Shown one piece after another: positions 9,092 to 18,594 of a stretch of 44,434 nt of DNA (position 1 is its first letter; each line of letters opens with the position of its first letter). Source of the stretch: Elusimicrobiota bacterium. GTDB taxonomy: Bacteria; Elusimicrobiota; Elusimicrobia; Elusimicrobiales; UBA9959. The position numbers were made by a program, and so were the translations under genes. The stretch is from positions 1-44,434 of the forward strand of contig JBAXKK010000011.1 in NCBI GenBank assembly GCA_037137395.1, written 5' to 3'. The notes below the pieces were generated by a model. The model did not search any database, was not told where the DNA came from, and worked only from the letters and a program-made list of their open reading frames with translations.

Positions 9092-9802
9092 ATGAAACTC
9101 AGGAATTTTCTTATTCTGGCCGCGCTTTTACTGACCTCGGGCTGCGCCTCATTCAACTCCGGAGACGTACTTATACCCAGGGGCTATCTGCGACAAATGT
9201 TAGCCGACCGCGGCGTGAAACCGGCTTCGGATATAATGGTGGTCTGGAAAAACTTCCCCTATAAGAATCCCACCGACATGATCGGAGAAGGCGCCATTGA
9301 TCCGCCTAAACCTCAACCGATACCGGTGCCGATCAGCGACCTGGTATGGCTGAAAGATCACGCCAGGAGCATATTCTCGGAGGCCGGACTTTATGACGCG
9401 GAGACGGGTTCAGGCACCATAAAGATAACGCTGATATCGTACGGCCGCTGGACCTACGGAGAAATATTCAGATCTTTTCTGGTGGATACGGGATACATCT
9501 TTATAATCCCGGCCAGCCTGCTGGTGAACCATCAACTGGTGGCGGAATATGACGGACTTGCGGGCCGGGCAAAAGCGGAGGAGATCGGCCGGACCAAGAC
9601 CACTTTCCACGCCATCCTATTCCCCCTTTATCCTTTGTTTCGTCCCGGTGCCACGGAGCATTCCCTCCTGAAAAGCATGCTCTGGAGATCCGCCACCGAC
9701 ATCTACTCTAAAGCAAAACGATCGAACGCCCCCACCGAACCTTCCCCGGAACCCACGTCGGAAAACCGCGCCGCAACCGAAGTTACGGAAACAGACGATT
9801 AA
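9092..9802 (+). CDS. Hypothetical lipoprotein
   Basis: MKLRNFLILAALLLTSGC lipobox; AAGGA RBS. Confidence 0.7.
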   Translation: MKLRNFLILAALLLTSGCASFNSGDVLIPRGYLRQMLADRGVKPASDIMVVWKNFPYKNPTDMIGEGAIDPPKPQPIPVPISDLVWLKDHARSIFSEAGLYDAETGSGTIKITLISYGRWTYGEIFRSFLVDTGYIFIIPASLLVNHQLVAEYDGLAGRAKAEEIGRTKTTFHAILFPLYPLFRPGATEHSLLKSMLWRSATDIYSKAKRSNAPTEPSPEPTSENRAATEVTETDD

Positions 9803-9816
9803 AACACCATTGCGCC

Positions 9817-10383
9817 CTACTTTGCGGTATCGGAACCTTCGCCCGGCTTGGAATCGGCGGGCTTAGTCTGGGCCGGCTTGGCCTCTTCAGCTACGGGCTT
9901 TTCCTGCGCGGGCTTCACATCTGCGGCTTTAGCCCCGGCCGGTTTTGATACATCACTATTTAAAATCGGCGCGGTCGAGCCGTCCTTGGGCAGATTGGCA
10001 AGCGCTTCTTTGGCGTCGGCGGCATAAAAGCTGTCAGGATTGTCTTTGATAAATTTTTCCATTGCCGCTCTGCCTTCGGCCAGTTTACCATCCACCACCA
10101 GCTGCACGGCGGCGGTCATAGCCTTTTTCTCGTCGGCCAGTTTTTTCTGGGCCTTTTCCGAGACGCCGCCCTTCCAGTACAGCGCGTCGGCGTCGGCACC
10201 CTGCTTTGCGCCGCGCACGGCGGCGACGGCCGAGACGCGGTTCTTGGATTCAAACTTCTTCTGCACCTTGGACTTCAGCCCCTTGAGCAGGTTGTCATAA
10301 TAACTTTTCCAATCCTTGCCCTCGCCGGCAGAAACCGAGTTTACGGCGAACAACATTATAAGACCCATCAATATTTTTTTCAT
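9817..10383 (-). CDS. Hypothetical exported protein with TPR-like helix pair and low-complexity tail
   Basis: Signal peptide MKKILMGLIMLFAVNSVSA, AAGGAG RBS, FIKDNPDS..A motif, Lys/Pro/Ala-rich C-terminus. Confidence 0.7.
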   Translation of the reverse strand: MKKILMGLIMLFAVNSVSAGEGKDWKSYYDNLLKGLKSKVQKKFESKNRVSAVAAVRGAKQGADADALYWKGGVSEKAQKKLADEKKAMTAAVQLVVDGKLAEGRAAMEKFIKDNPDSFYAADAKEALANLPKDGSTAPILNSDVSKPAGAKAADVKPAQEKPVAEEAKPAQTKPADSKPGEGSDTAK

Positions 10384-10413
10384 AAATTCTCCTTGTTTAA
10401 AATGTTTTAGAAT

Positions 10414-10490
10414 TAAGTAGTAAGGAGTAAGTTCCCGGAAATTTCTCATCACTTACCACTTATCACTTACCACTTACTACCTGCTACTGC
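10414..10490. repeat. Inverted pair of heptamer arrays (GTAAGTR / CACTTAC) bracketing a gene-start relic
   Basis: taagtag taaggag taagt ... cacttac cacttat cacttac cacttac tacctgc. Confidence 0.85.
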
Positions 10491-13400
10491 CTACTTCAGC
10501 AACTTATCCCCGATATTCTTCACTTCCGGATCCAGCTGGGACGCCCGGTCCACAAATACTTTCACATCATCCTTTTTGCCCAGTTTGGCCGCGGCGCGGG
10601 CCGCGTTCAGCCAAATATTGGCGTCGTACGGGTCGGCCTTGGCGGCTTTAAAATAATAATCTCTGGCTTCCTGATAACTCCCGGCCTTAAAGCTCGTATT
10701 GCCAAGATTATTAAGCGCGGCCGCGTTGACGGAATCCTTCTCCAGAACCTTTCCGAAGTTTTTGGACGCCTCTTCGTATTCCCCGTACTGAGCGGCCAGT
10801 ATCCCCAGATTTATCTGCGCGTCTGCGTCGTCCGGATTTTCAAGCAGGATAGCGCCGTAATACTTTTTAAAATAATCATAGCGCGCTTTGAGCATGCCAG
10901 CGATGGCCTCTTTGGCGCGAGCGTTGAATTTCGCTCGGTCCGGGTTGTTTTCAACTTCCGAATCCGGCAGCGTCACGGGCTCGAACTCCGCCCAGGCGAC
11001 CCGCACGTCCACAATCTTAACTTCGGCGGCCATGCTCCTGTAAAGGTCAGCCTCATGCTTTATCGAATCGTAGAAATCCTTGCCAACCATCGTTGTCTCC
11101 ACGCCCACCCAATATGTGTTGTTGTGCTTTATCAGGTATTCCTCCGGGATGCCCGCATCCCTGGCGTCAGAGGCGCCGGTATCGAACATCAGCGCTATAT
11201 GGCTGGGGTAATCAAGAAGGACGGCGTGCAGGCCGGAAGCCTCAAATATGGAGGAGAACAGCGCCGTAAGATCGTCACAATCTCCGCTTTTCAGCTTCAG
11301 CGTGTTCCTGGGGAACTGGACCGTATCAGTGACGAATTCCTTAGAGGATTTCTTAACCGAGTAAGGGCTCACAGGGTCAGCCAGGTAACTGAGGCCTTCC
11401 TCGCCCAAGCCCTCCCAGATCATCAGCGCCGAGAGAACGTTCTCGTTCAGAAGGCCGGATTCATCCTGGTATTTGTTTTTTTCATTCAGGACGAACCTGC
11501 TGAAACTAAACACCGGCGTATCCTTAGGCGTTATAAAGTTGGCCAGTCTGTCAGCTTTATCCCAGATGATGGCGTTTTTGGAGAGAACTTTCACGGGCTT
11601 ATTAAGCGTGAATGTTTTCTCGGCTCCGTCCTGGTAATAAGTCATGGTAAGCTGGCACTGTATGGGCGTATCCTCGTTAATATTCAGGATGCGATTGTTA
11701 AGGGTGGCCATAAGGTCCACTTCCGCCTTGGACTTCGGGGCGATCTCGCGCACGATGGTATCGGACGGGAAATCCATGAAGTCCTTGAGAAAAAAAGACA
11801 CCTTAACATTACTGAAGGCTATATCGGTGTTATTCTGCACCGCTATGCGGCCTACAGGGTTCTTCATGTAGTACTTATAATTGGCGGAGAAGATGTAGCT
11901 GAGATCCACCGGCACGATTTCCATTGGCGCTACATTGGCGGAGGCGGGACCGGAAATTTCCGCGGCGGCAGCCTCTTCTTTTGTTTCTGGGCCTTTAAAA
12001 TAAACAGCCAACGGGGCTGAGCGGGCGCCGATATCATCCGTCACGGAGATTCCGGCCACGGCGTAATAATAGGTGGCGTTAGTGGCCAGAGCGGTATCGG
12101 TATACTCAGGCTTGTCCACCGTACCCATCCGCTGATAATCACCGTTTTCGGAATCGGCCCTGAAAACGGCGAAATTCTTGAGCCATGGAGTCTTACCAGC
12201 CTGCCATGAAAGGACCGCATTAACATCGTCGGCGGAGTATTTTAAACCGGAAGGCTCTTCCGGCATATAGGAAAGCGAGAATGCCAGTATCTTGCCGGCG
12301 GTGTAATCCGAGATATAGACTTTATTGCCGGCTATATCCATATACTGCGGATCCATGAGCTCGCGTTCGCCCGGGCCTTTGGCGAAAAAGCTGGAGATAT
12401 ACTTTCCTTGGTCGTCGAATATCTTTACGCTGTACGCGCCGCGGTCCAGGATGTAGAAATAGGTCCTACCGTCATAATCTATGGAGACGGGATCCTGCAG
12501 GTGTCCGGAATCGTCCCAGACGCGCAGAAACTTGCCGTTGGCGTCCGTAACTATGACTTTTTTCAGCCCCGCATCCAGAATATACAGGTTGCGGAGGTTA
12601 TCGGTGCGAACCCCTATGGGCTTCTGAAGATTTATACTGCCTATCACCGGACCGACGGCGAAGAGAAAGATGCCGTCCGAGTTAAAGGCCTGTATGCGCC
12701 TGTTCCCCGTATCGGCCACATAAATAACACCCTTAAGATTCACGGTAATGCCGGTCGGGTCGGAAAACTTGCCCTCTTTGAGGCCGCCGGACATAAAGCC
12801 GGCCTTTTCGCCGAACATGCCGGAGTATGTCCCATCGGCGTTAAAAATTTGCACCCGGCTGTTGCCGGTGTCGGAAACATAGAGCTGTCCCTTGGCGTCT
12901 ACGGCCATGCCGCGGGGAATCTTCACTTGTCCCTGCTGATCGCCGCCGCGCATTATGGTGGTCTTATTGCTGTCGGTGCCAACCAGTATCACTTCCCTGG
13001 CCTCTGGCAGGTAGGCGGCAACACTGAGGTCGGGCCGCACGGTAAAGATATCGCTCTTATAAGCATACTTATTGACCGGGCCTTTAAGGTTGAACCGATC
13101 CATAGGCTGGGCGTGCGGCAGCGCCGCCGGGTGTTCGCCCTCAAGCCGGATAGCTGCAATCTTCTTGTTCCCCTCGTCTGCAAGATAGATCACGCCGGCG
13201 GCGTCGATGGCTATGCCGCGCAGTTTCAGAAATTCGCTCTTACCCTTGCCGCGGGTGCCGAAAGTTCCGACAATATCCCCCGCTTCCGAGATTTCACGCA
13301 CCTTTCCCTCTCTGCCGTTTATGACATAAAGCCCGCCGTAAGCGTCGACGGCAACGCCGTCATTAGCGAAAGCGTAATTCCTCACTGCTTTGCCGGTCCT

Positions 13401-13985
13401 GTCGTATTTCACTATAAGAGAATTATCGGCATCGGCTATATAAATAAAACCGGCGTTGTCGGTCACTATTCTGCCGGGGCTAAGCTTTGTAATGTTGTCA
13501 GCCTTCCGGACTGGAAAGCCGTAGAGGAAAATACCGTCGGAATTAAAAACTTCCACGCGGGAATTACCGGTATTGGCGACGTAAACCCGGCCGTCGGCCC
13601 CGAAAGCCACATCCATGGGCCCGTCCAACTGGCCGGGGAGCGATCCGTCGCTGGAGAAGGCCCACAACATCGCGCCGTCAGCGTCCAAAACCACTACACG
13701 GGAATTGCCGGTATCAGCCACATAGATGCGGCCGTTTCCCACACTAAGGCCATTGGGCTCCTTCAGCGGCGCGGAACTTCTCTTAAGGAGCTTTCCGTCA
13801 ACATCGAAGATGAATACCGCGTTGGCTTTAGAATCGGCGGCGAGGATTTTTCCATCTATAGCCGCCACGGCTGAAATTTTCATCAGCGCGGGATTGGAGA
13901 TTTGGCTTTTGAATTCTATCTTCTCGTAAGCCGACAAATTTATGCCGGCCGCAAACAGAATGCCCGAAAATAGGAATTTACGCAT
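10491..13985 (-). CDS. Exported NHL-repeat beta-propeller / fibronectin III / transglutaminase-like / TPR protein
   Basis: Signal peptide; many YVADTGNSRV NHL repeats; FN3-like W...YYYAVAG; GDCDD..H..VETT motif; C-terminal TPRs (ALNNLG); GGAGG RBS. Confidence 0.85.
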   Translation of the reverse strand: MRKFLFSGILFAAGINLSAYEKIEFKSQISNPALMKISAVAAIDGKILAADSKANAVFIFDVDGKLLKRSSAPLKEPNGLSVGNGRIYVADTGNSRVVVLDADGAMLWAFSSDGSLPGQLDGPMDVAFGADGRVYVANTGNSRVEVFNSDGIFLYGFPVRKADNITKLSPGRIVTDNAGFIYIADADNSLIVKYDRTGKAVRNYAFANDGVAVDAYGGLYVINGREGKVREISEAGDIVGTFGTRGKGKSEFLKLRGIAIDAAGVIYLADEGNKKIAAIRLEGEHPAALPHAQPMDRFNLKGPVNKYAYKSDIFTVRPDLSVAAYLPEAREVILVGTDSNKTTIMRGGDQQGQVKIPRGMAVDAKGQLYVSDTGNSRVQIFNADGTYSGMFGEKAGFMSGGLKEGKFSDPTGITVNLKGVIYVADTGNRRIQAFNSDGIFLFAVGPVIGSINLQKPIGVRTDNLRNLYILDAGLKKVIVTDANGKFLRVWDDSGHLQDPVSIDYDGRTYFYILDRGAYSVKIFDDQGKYISSFFAKGPGERELMDPQYMDIAGNKVYISDYTAGKILAFSLSYMPEEPSGLKYSADDVNAVLSWQAGKTPWLKNFAVFRADSENGDYQRMGTVDKPEYTDTALATNATYYYAVAGISVTDDIGARSAPLAVYFKGPETKEEAAAAEISGPASANVAPMEIVPVDLSYIFSANYKYYMKNPVGRIAVQNNTDIAFSNVKVSFFLKDFMDFPSDTIVREIAPKSKAEVDLMATLNNRILNINEDTPIQCQLTMTYYQDGAEKTFTLNKPVKVLSKNAIIWDKADRLANFITPKDTPVFSFSRFVLNEKNKYQDESGLLNENVLSALMIWEGLGEEGLSYLADPVSPYSVKKSSKEFVTDTVQFPRNTLKLKSGDCDDLTALFSSIFEASGLHAVLLDYPSHIALMFDTGASDARDAGIPEEYLIKHNNTYWVGVETTMVGKDFYDSIKHEADLYRSMAAEVKIVDVRVAWAEFEPVTLPDSEVENNPDRAKFNARAKEAIAGMLKARYDYFKKYYGAILLENPDDADAQINLGILAAQYGEYEEASKNFGKVLEKDSVNAAALNNLGNTSFKAGSYQEARDYYFKAAKADPYDANIWLNAARAAAKLGKKDDVKVFVDRASQLDPEVKNIGDKLLK

Positions 13986-14229
13986 CTTACCCTCCGCTAA
14001 ATGGAACAAGTTTTATGGAAACAGGTCAAAGGATAATTATAGTTAATAAAAGACCCAAATAAAACAAGGTCCCGCCGTAGCCGGTAAAAACATGTGTGCG
14101 CCATGAGTAAAAATTCACTTCTGCCGCGCTGTTTGCAATTTCACCGCCGCGCCGCTACTATTAGAAACGCTAATGGCATTTAAGTTTTTCTACTTTCTTC
14201 CCGCCCCGCTTAACATGTAAAATATGGCT

Positions 14230-14328
14230 TAAGCGATAAGTGATAAGAATTAAGCGGCAAGCGGGCAAGGAATCTGTATTTTTTTTCGCCGTTTACTCCT
14301 TAATTTCAACAATTCACTCTAATTCACC
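14230..14328. repeat. Degenerate heptamer array (TAAGYGR) upstream of sdhC with weak inverted partner
   Basis: taagcga taagtga taagaat taagcgg caagcgg ... ttcgccg tttactc cttaatt. Confidence 0.55.
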
Positions 14329-14339
14329 AAGGACCGATA

Positions 14340-15020
14340 ATGAACATTACTTTCATCAAAAGGCTTATTTTCACTTCCATAGGCAGAAAAGTCGTCATGG
14401 CGGTAACAGGCTTAATGCTGGGCGGATTCATGTTGTTCCACCTGGCAGAGAACCTGCTCCTGCTTAAAGGAGAAGTGGCTTACAACACCTGGGTGGACAT
14501 ATTACTCTCCAATCCGCTGATCATCCCGCTTGAGCTGGGGCTGGCGACTGTTTTTCTGGCGCATATTATAACCGGAGTCTGGGTGCGTCTGGAAGACTGG
14601 CTTAACGCCCCCCGCGGCTACGAGGCCCGCAAATGGCAGGGCGGCAGGACCGTCGGTTCGGCCACCATGCTTTATACCGCGGCGCTGATACTGCTTTATC
14701 TGGCCTATCACCTGCTCACTTTCCGCTTCGTTGACCACTCCATCGGCTTCTATCAGATGGTAACCTCGTCCTTCAGAAGCTCAGTCTTCGTAGCCGTATA
14801 TGTGGGCGGAGCGCTGGCGCTGGTACTGCACCTTTCCCACGGCATGCAGAGCGCTTTTCAGACTCTGGGGTTGACCCACCCGAAATACACGCCTTTTATA
14901 AAGATAGGCGGCCTGATAACAGCCCTTATAATGATGGGGTTCGCGCTCATCTCGGTCTATTACCTGTTGAATCTGGACATAAAAGCCGCAGGAGGCACGC
15001 TGCAGATGACGATACAGTGA
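14340..15020 (+). CDS. sdhC: Succinate dehydrogenase/fumarate reductase cytochrome b558 subunit
   Basis: SIGRKVVMAVTGL..HL, HLSHGMQSAFQTLG heme-ligand motifs; first gene of sdhCAB. Confidence 0.93.
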   Translation: MNITFIKRLIFTSIGRKVVMAVTGLMLGGFMLFHLAENLLLLKGEVAYNTWVDILLSNPLIIPLELGLATVFLAHIITGVWVRLEDWLNAPRGYEARKWQGGRTVGSATMLYTAALILLYLAYHLLTFRFVDHSIGFYQMVTSSFRSSVFVAVYVGGALALVLHLSHGMQSAFQTLGLTHPKYTPFIKIGGLITALIMMGFALISVYYLLNLDIKAAGGTLQMTIQ

Positions 15021-15130
15021 TCATAGCGCTAAGCACTATGATCACAATAAGCTTCAAGCCGTAAGCTATAAACTTTCAAGGAGTCTCTTCGGTTTTCTGC
15101 TTATGATTTATGGCCTAAAACTTACGACAA
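15017..15130. repeat. 10-bp hairpin plus inverted heptamer arrays (RTAAGCT / GCTTATG)
   Basis: gtgatcatag...ctatgatcac (15017-15045); ataagct tcaagcc gtaagct ataaact ... gcttatg atttatg gcctaaa acttacg. Confidence 0.65.
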
Positions 15131-15172
15131 TTAATGTGCCTTATTTCAGCATTTAGCTGACAGGAGATTAAC

Positions 15173-17086
15173 ATGCATTTAAACGCAAACATACCCGCGG
15201 GGCCGATAGAGAAGAAATGGGACAGCCATAAATTCAACCTTAAACTGGTCAACCCCAACAACAGAAGGAAATACGACATTCTTATCATAGGCTCCGGCCT
15301 GGCCGGCGCCTCTGCGGCGGCTTCGCTGGGCGAGCTGGGATATAATGTAAAAGTATTCACGCTTCACGATTCCCCCCGCCGGGCTCATTCCATCGCGGCG
15401 CAGGGCGGCATAAACGCGGCCAAGAATTACCCCAATGACGGAGATTCGGTATGGCGTCTTTTCCACGATACCGTAAAAGGCGGCGACTACCGCGCCCGCG
15501 AGGCGAATGTTTATCGTCTGGCCCAGGTCTCCAACCAGATCATAGACCACTGCGTGGCCCTGGGCGTACCTTTCGCGCGCGAATACGGCGGATCGCTATC
15601 CAACCGCTCCTTCGGTGGCGCCCAGCTCTCCAGGACCTTTTACGCCAGGGGCCAGACAGGCCAGCAGCTTCTGCTGGGAGCCTACTCCACCATGATGCGT
15701 CAGGTCGCGGCAGGCACGGTAGAGATATTCAATCGCCGCGAGATGGTGGATATAGTGCTTAAGAACGGTGTCGCGCGCGGAATCGTAGCCAGAAACCTGG
15801 TCACAGGTGAGCTGGAATCCCATGCCGGTCACGCCGTGCTGTTGTGCACCGGCGGCTACGCGAATGTTTTTTATCTTTCCACCAACGCGGCCACCTGCAA
15901 TGTGTCAGCGGCCTGGGCCGCCTACAAGCGCGGCGCCGGATTCGCAAACCCGTGCTTCACACAGATCCACCCCACCTGCATTCCCCGCTCGGGCGACCAT
16001 CAGTCAAAGCTCACGCTGATGAGCGAATCTCTGCGCAACGACGGCCGGGTTTGGGTGCCCAAAACCAAGGGCGATAAGCGGCCCGCTAACCAGATACCGG
16101 ATATTGAAAGGGATTATTTTCTTGAGCGGCGCTATCCGGCGTTCGGAAATCTGGTCCCCCGCGATATCGCTTCGCGCGCGGCCAAGACGGTGGTGGACGA
16201 GGGAAAAGGCGTCGGCCCTACCGGCCAATCGGTCTACCTGGACTTCCGCGACTCCATCAAGCGCAAAGGCCTTGAGAAGATCAGCGGCGAATATGGTAAC
16301 CTCTTCGACATGTACTACCAGATCACCGACGAGGATGGCTACAAGACGCCAATGCGCATCTACCCCGCCCCTCATTACACCATGGGCGGCCTATGGGTGG
16401 ATTACAACCTTATGACCACCATCCCCGGGCTCTTCGCTCTGGGGGAGGCCAACTTCTCCGATCACGGCGCCAACCGCCTGGGAGCCTCAGCCCTTATGCA
16501 GGGCCTAGCCGACGGATTCTTCATCGCCCCGTCCACCGTTGGCGGCTACCTTGGCGCCACGAAGTTTGAGGATGTCGCCAGGAGCGACGCGGAATTCGGC
16601 GCGGCCTCCAAACAGATTCAGACGCGGATGAACAAGATCCTTGGCGTTAAGGGCAAAAAGACCCCCGGCGAACTGCACCGGGCTTTGGGCAATGTTATGT
16701 GGAACGACTGCGGCATGGCCCGCAATGAAACCAGTCTTAAAAAAGCCCTGAAAAAAATACCCGAGATCCGCGAGGAATTCTGGTCCAATGTCATCGTGCC
16801 CGGAGCCGACAAGGACTTCAACCAGACGCTGGAGAAGGCGATGAAAGTGGCCGACTTCCTGGAATTCGCGGAGCTCTTCGTCAAAGACGCGCTGGAGCGC
16901 AAGGAATCCTGCGGCGGCCATTTCCGCGAAGAGTCCTGCACCCCCGAGGGCGAGGCCAAGCGCGACGATGCAAAGTTCTCGCACTCAAGCGTTTGGGCCT
17001 ACGCCGGTGAAGGGAAAGAGGCGGTGCTTCACAAAGAGGCCTTGGCCTTCGAGCACATCAAGATGGCGGAACGGAGCTACAAGTAA
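15173..17086 (+). CDS. sdhA: Succinate dehydrogenase/fumarate reductase flavoprotein subunit
   Basis: GSGLAG FAD motif, [44 protein letters not shown]. Confidence 0.97.
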   Translation: MHLNANIPAGPIEKKWDSHKFNLKLVNPNNRRKYDILIIGSGLAGASAAASLGELGYNVKVFTLHDSPRRAHSIAAQGGINAAKNYPNDGDSVWRLFHDTVKGGDYRAREANVYRLAQVSNQIIDHCVALGVPFAREYGGSLSNRSFGGAQLSRTFYARGQTGQQLLLGAYSTMMRQVAAGTVEIFNRREMVDIVLKNGVARGIVARNLVTGELESHAGHAVLLCTGGYANVFYLSTNAATCNVSAAWAAYKRGAGFANPCFTQIHPTCIPRSGDHQSKLTLMSESLRNDGRVWVPKTKGDKRPANQIPDIERDYFLERRYPAFGNLVPRDIASRAAKTVVDEGKGVGPTGQSVYLDFRDSIKRKGLEKISGEYGNLFDMYYQITDEDGYKTPMRIYPAPHYTMGGLWVDYNLMTTIPGLFALGEANFSDHGANRLGASALMQGLADGFFIAPSTVGGYLGATKFEDVARSDAEFGAASKQIQTRMNKILGVKGKKTPGELHRALGNVMWNDCGMARNETSLKKALKKIPEIREEFWSNVIVPGADKDFNQTLEKAMKVADFLEFAELFVKDALERKESCGGHFREESCTPEGEAKRDDAKFSHSSVWAYAGEGKEAVLHKEALAFEHIKMAERSYK

Positions 17087-17160
17087 GCGAATAGCGAACC
17101 AGGACGGGACACGGATTTTAACGGTTTTTCACTCGCCATTTCGCGATTCGCCGACTACCA
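17085..17160. repeat. Short inverted heptamer arrays (AGCGAAT / ATTCGCC)
   Basis: aagcgaa tagcgaa ... ctcgcca tttcgcg attcgcc. Confidence 0.5.
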
Positions 17161-17179
17161 GCAATCATGGAGACTTATT

Positions 17180-17998
17180 ATGAATAAACATTTCAATGTG
17201 ACTATCCGGGTGTGGCGACAGGACGGCCCGGAAGAACCGGGCCACATGAAAGCTTATAAAGTCAACGCCGTTTCCCCGGATATGTCTTTTTTAGAGATGA
17301 TAGATCTCCTTAATGAAGACCTTATCAGGAAAAACGAAAAGCCGATAACCTTTGAGAGCGACTGCCGCGAAGGCATCTGCGGAGCGTGCGGCCTGGTAAT
17401 AAACGGCGATGTGCACGGCCCGGACGACCATTCCACCGTCTGCCAGCTTCACATGCGCAGATTTAAAGACGGAGATGTCATAACCGTGGAGCCCTGGCGC
17501 ATAAAATCATTTCCGATACTTAAAGACCTGGTGGTGGACCGCTCGGCCTTTGAACGAATAATGGCGACAGGCGGTTATATTTCCGTAAATACCGGCGCCG
17601 CCCCCGACGCAAACGTCATCCCGGTGAACAAGGATGACGCCGAGGAAGCTATGGATTCCGCCGCCTGCATTGGCTGTGGGGCCTGCGTGGCAGCCTGCCC
17701 GAACGGCGCAGCTATGCTATTCACCGCCGCCAAGCTTTCCCAGTTCGCTCTGCTTCCTCAGGGTCAGCCTGAGCGCTCAAAACGCGCGCTCAGCATGCTT
17801 GAAGCCATGGACAGAGAAGGTTTCGGCAACTGCTCCAACGAATACGAATGTGAAGCAGTCTGTCCGAAAGAAGTGAAAGTCACAAATATCGCCCGCTTAA
17901 ACCGCGAATTTCTGTTAGCCAACTTCTTCGGCAAAACCGATCCCAAATCAAGCGCCGCGCACCTGATATCCACGCCGGACATCCCGGAAGACGAATAG
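17180..17998 (+). CDS. sdhB: Succinate dehydrogenase/fumarate reductase iron-sulfur subunit
   Basis: CREGICGAC, CIGCGACVAACP, CSNEYECEAVCP Fe-S motifs. Confidence 0.97.
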   Translation: MNKHFNVTIRVWRQDGPEEPGHMKAYKVNAVSPDMSFLEMIDLLNEDLIRKNEKPITFESDCREGICGACGLVINGDVHGPDDHSTVCQLHMRRFKDGDVITVEPWRIKSFPILKDLVVDRSAFERIMATGGYISVNTGAAPDANVIPVNKDDAEEAMDSAACIGCGACVAACPNGAAMLFTAAKLSQFALLPQGQPERSKRALSMLEAMDREGFGNCSNEYECEAVCPKEVKVTNIARLNREFLLANFFGKTDPKSSAAHLISTPDIPEDE

Positions 17999-18019
17999 GT
18001 AACGCCAGACTGCAAGTTC

Positions 18020-18154
18020 GCGGGCTGGCAAATGGGCCGGAACGCAAAAACGGTGTCGGCCACACCGTGGCCGCACCTCCGGACCTCGGCACTCGCGCTT
18101 ACGCAAGCTCGGGCCTCCGGTACGGTTTTGCTAATCCGGCCCCTTCGCCTCCCG
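18020..18154. repeat. Long imperfect inverted-repeat element downstream of sdhB
   Basis: gcggg/cccgc, gggccgga/tccggccc, gcaaaa/ttttgc nested arms with internal hairpins. Confidence 0.55.
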
Positions 18155-18447
18155 CTCCACCGATATGCCCCCGCTGCTTATAACCTTAAACATGAATACA
18201 TAACCCCGCCCTTATCATTGGATACATCAATAACTATCCACTCGTTGGATACCGATACAATTCCTGTTTTTAAAACAGTAAAAAAGTTAAAATACGGTAT
18301 CAAGATGTTAGTTAACCAAGGAATCTATTCAGATTTAATACCAGAGCGGGTAAATCAAGTTGTAATTTGGCCGGGGCAAAGATGTTATATTTTATAGAGA
18401 AGCGCCGGGGCTGATTGCGTCAAAAGCATTAAGTGCGTAAGTTTTAC

Positions 18448-18526
18448 GCGGGGTGGCTCCGGTAGGCCTTTTTGTCCCGCAGTCGGATGAGGGAAGCAAA
18501 AAGGCCTACCGGAGACAGGACCCCGC
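18448..18526. repeat. Long hairpin with perfect 18-bp stem upstream of fumarase
   Basis: ctccggtaggcctttttg (18457-18474) / caaaaaggcctaccggag (18497-18514), extended by gcggggt/accccgc. Confidence 0.85.
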
Positions 18527-18594
18527 TTTACTATCCTGCTGAGCATAAGCCAAAGCCCACCAGCCTGGCGCTACTTTGCACGAAGAGGAACCTT

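Noticed and set aside
11055..13874. Long plus-strand ORFs 11055-12020 and 12408-13874 (similarly 7952-8821, 27907-28752, 25470-26201)
   Set aside because: Antisense shadows of well-supported genes with no recognisable motifs.
18032..18397. 121-aa ORF between sdhB and fumarase
   Set aside because: Runs through a hairpin element and AT-rich DNA, with no RBS or motif.
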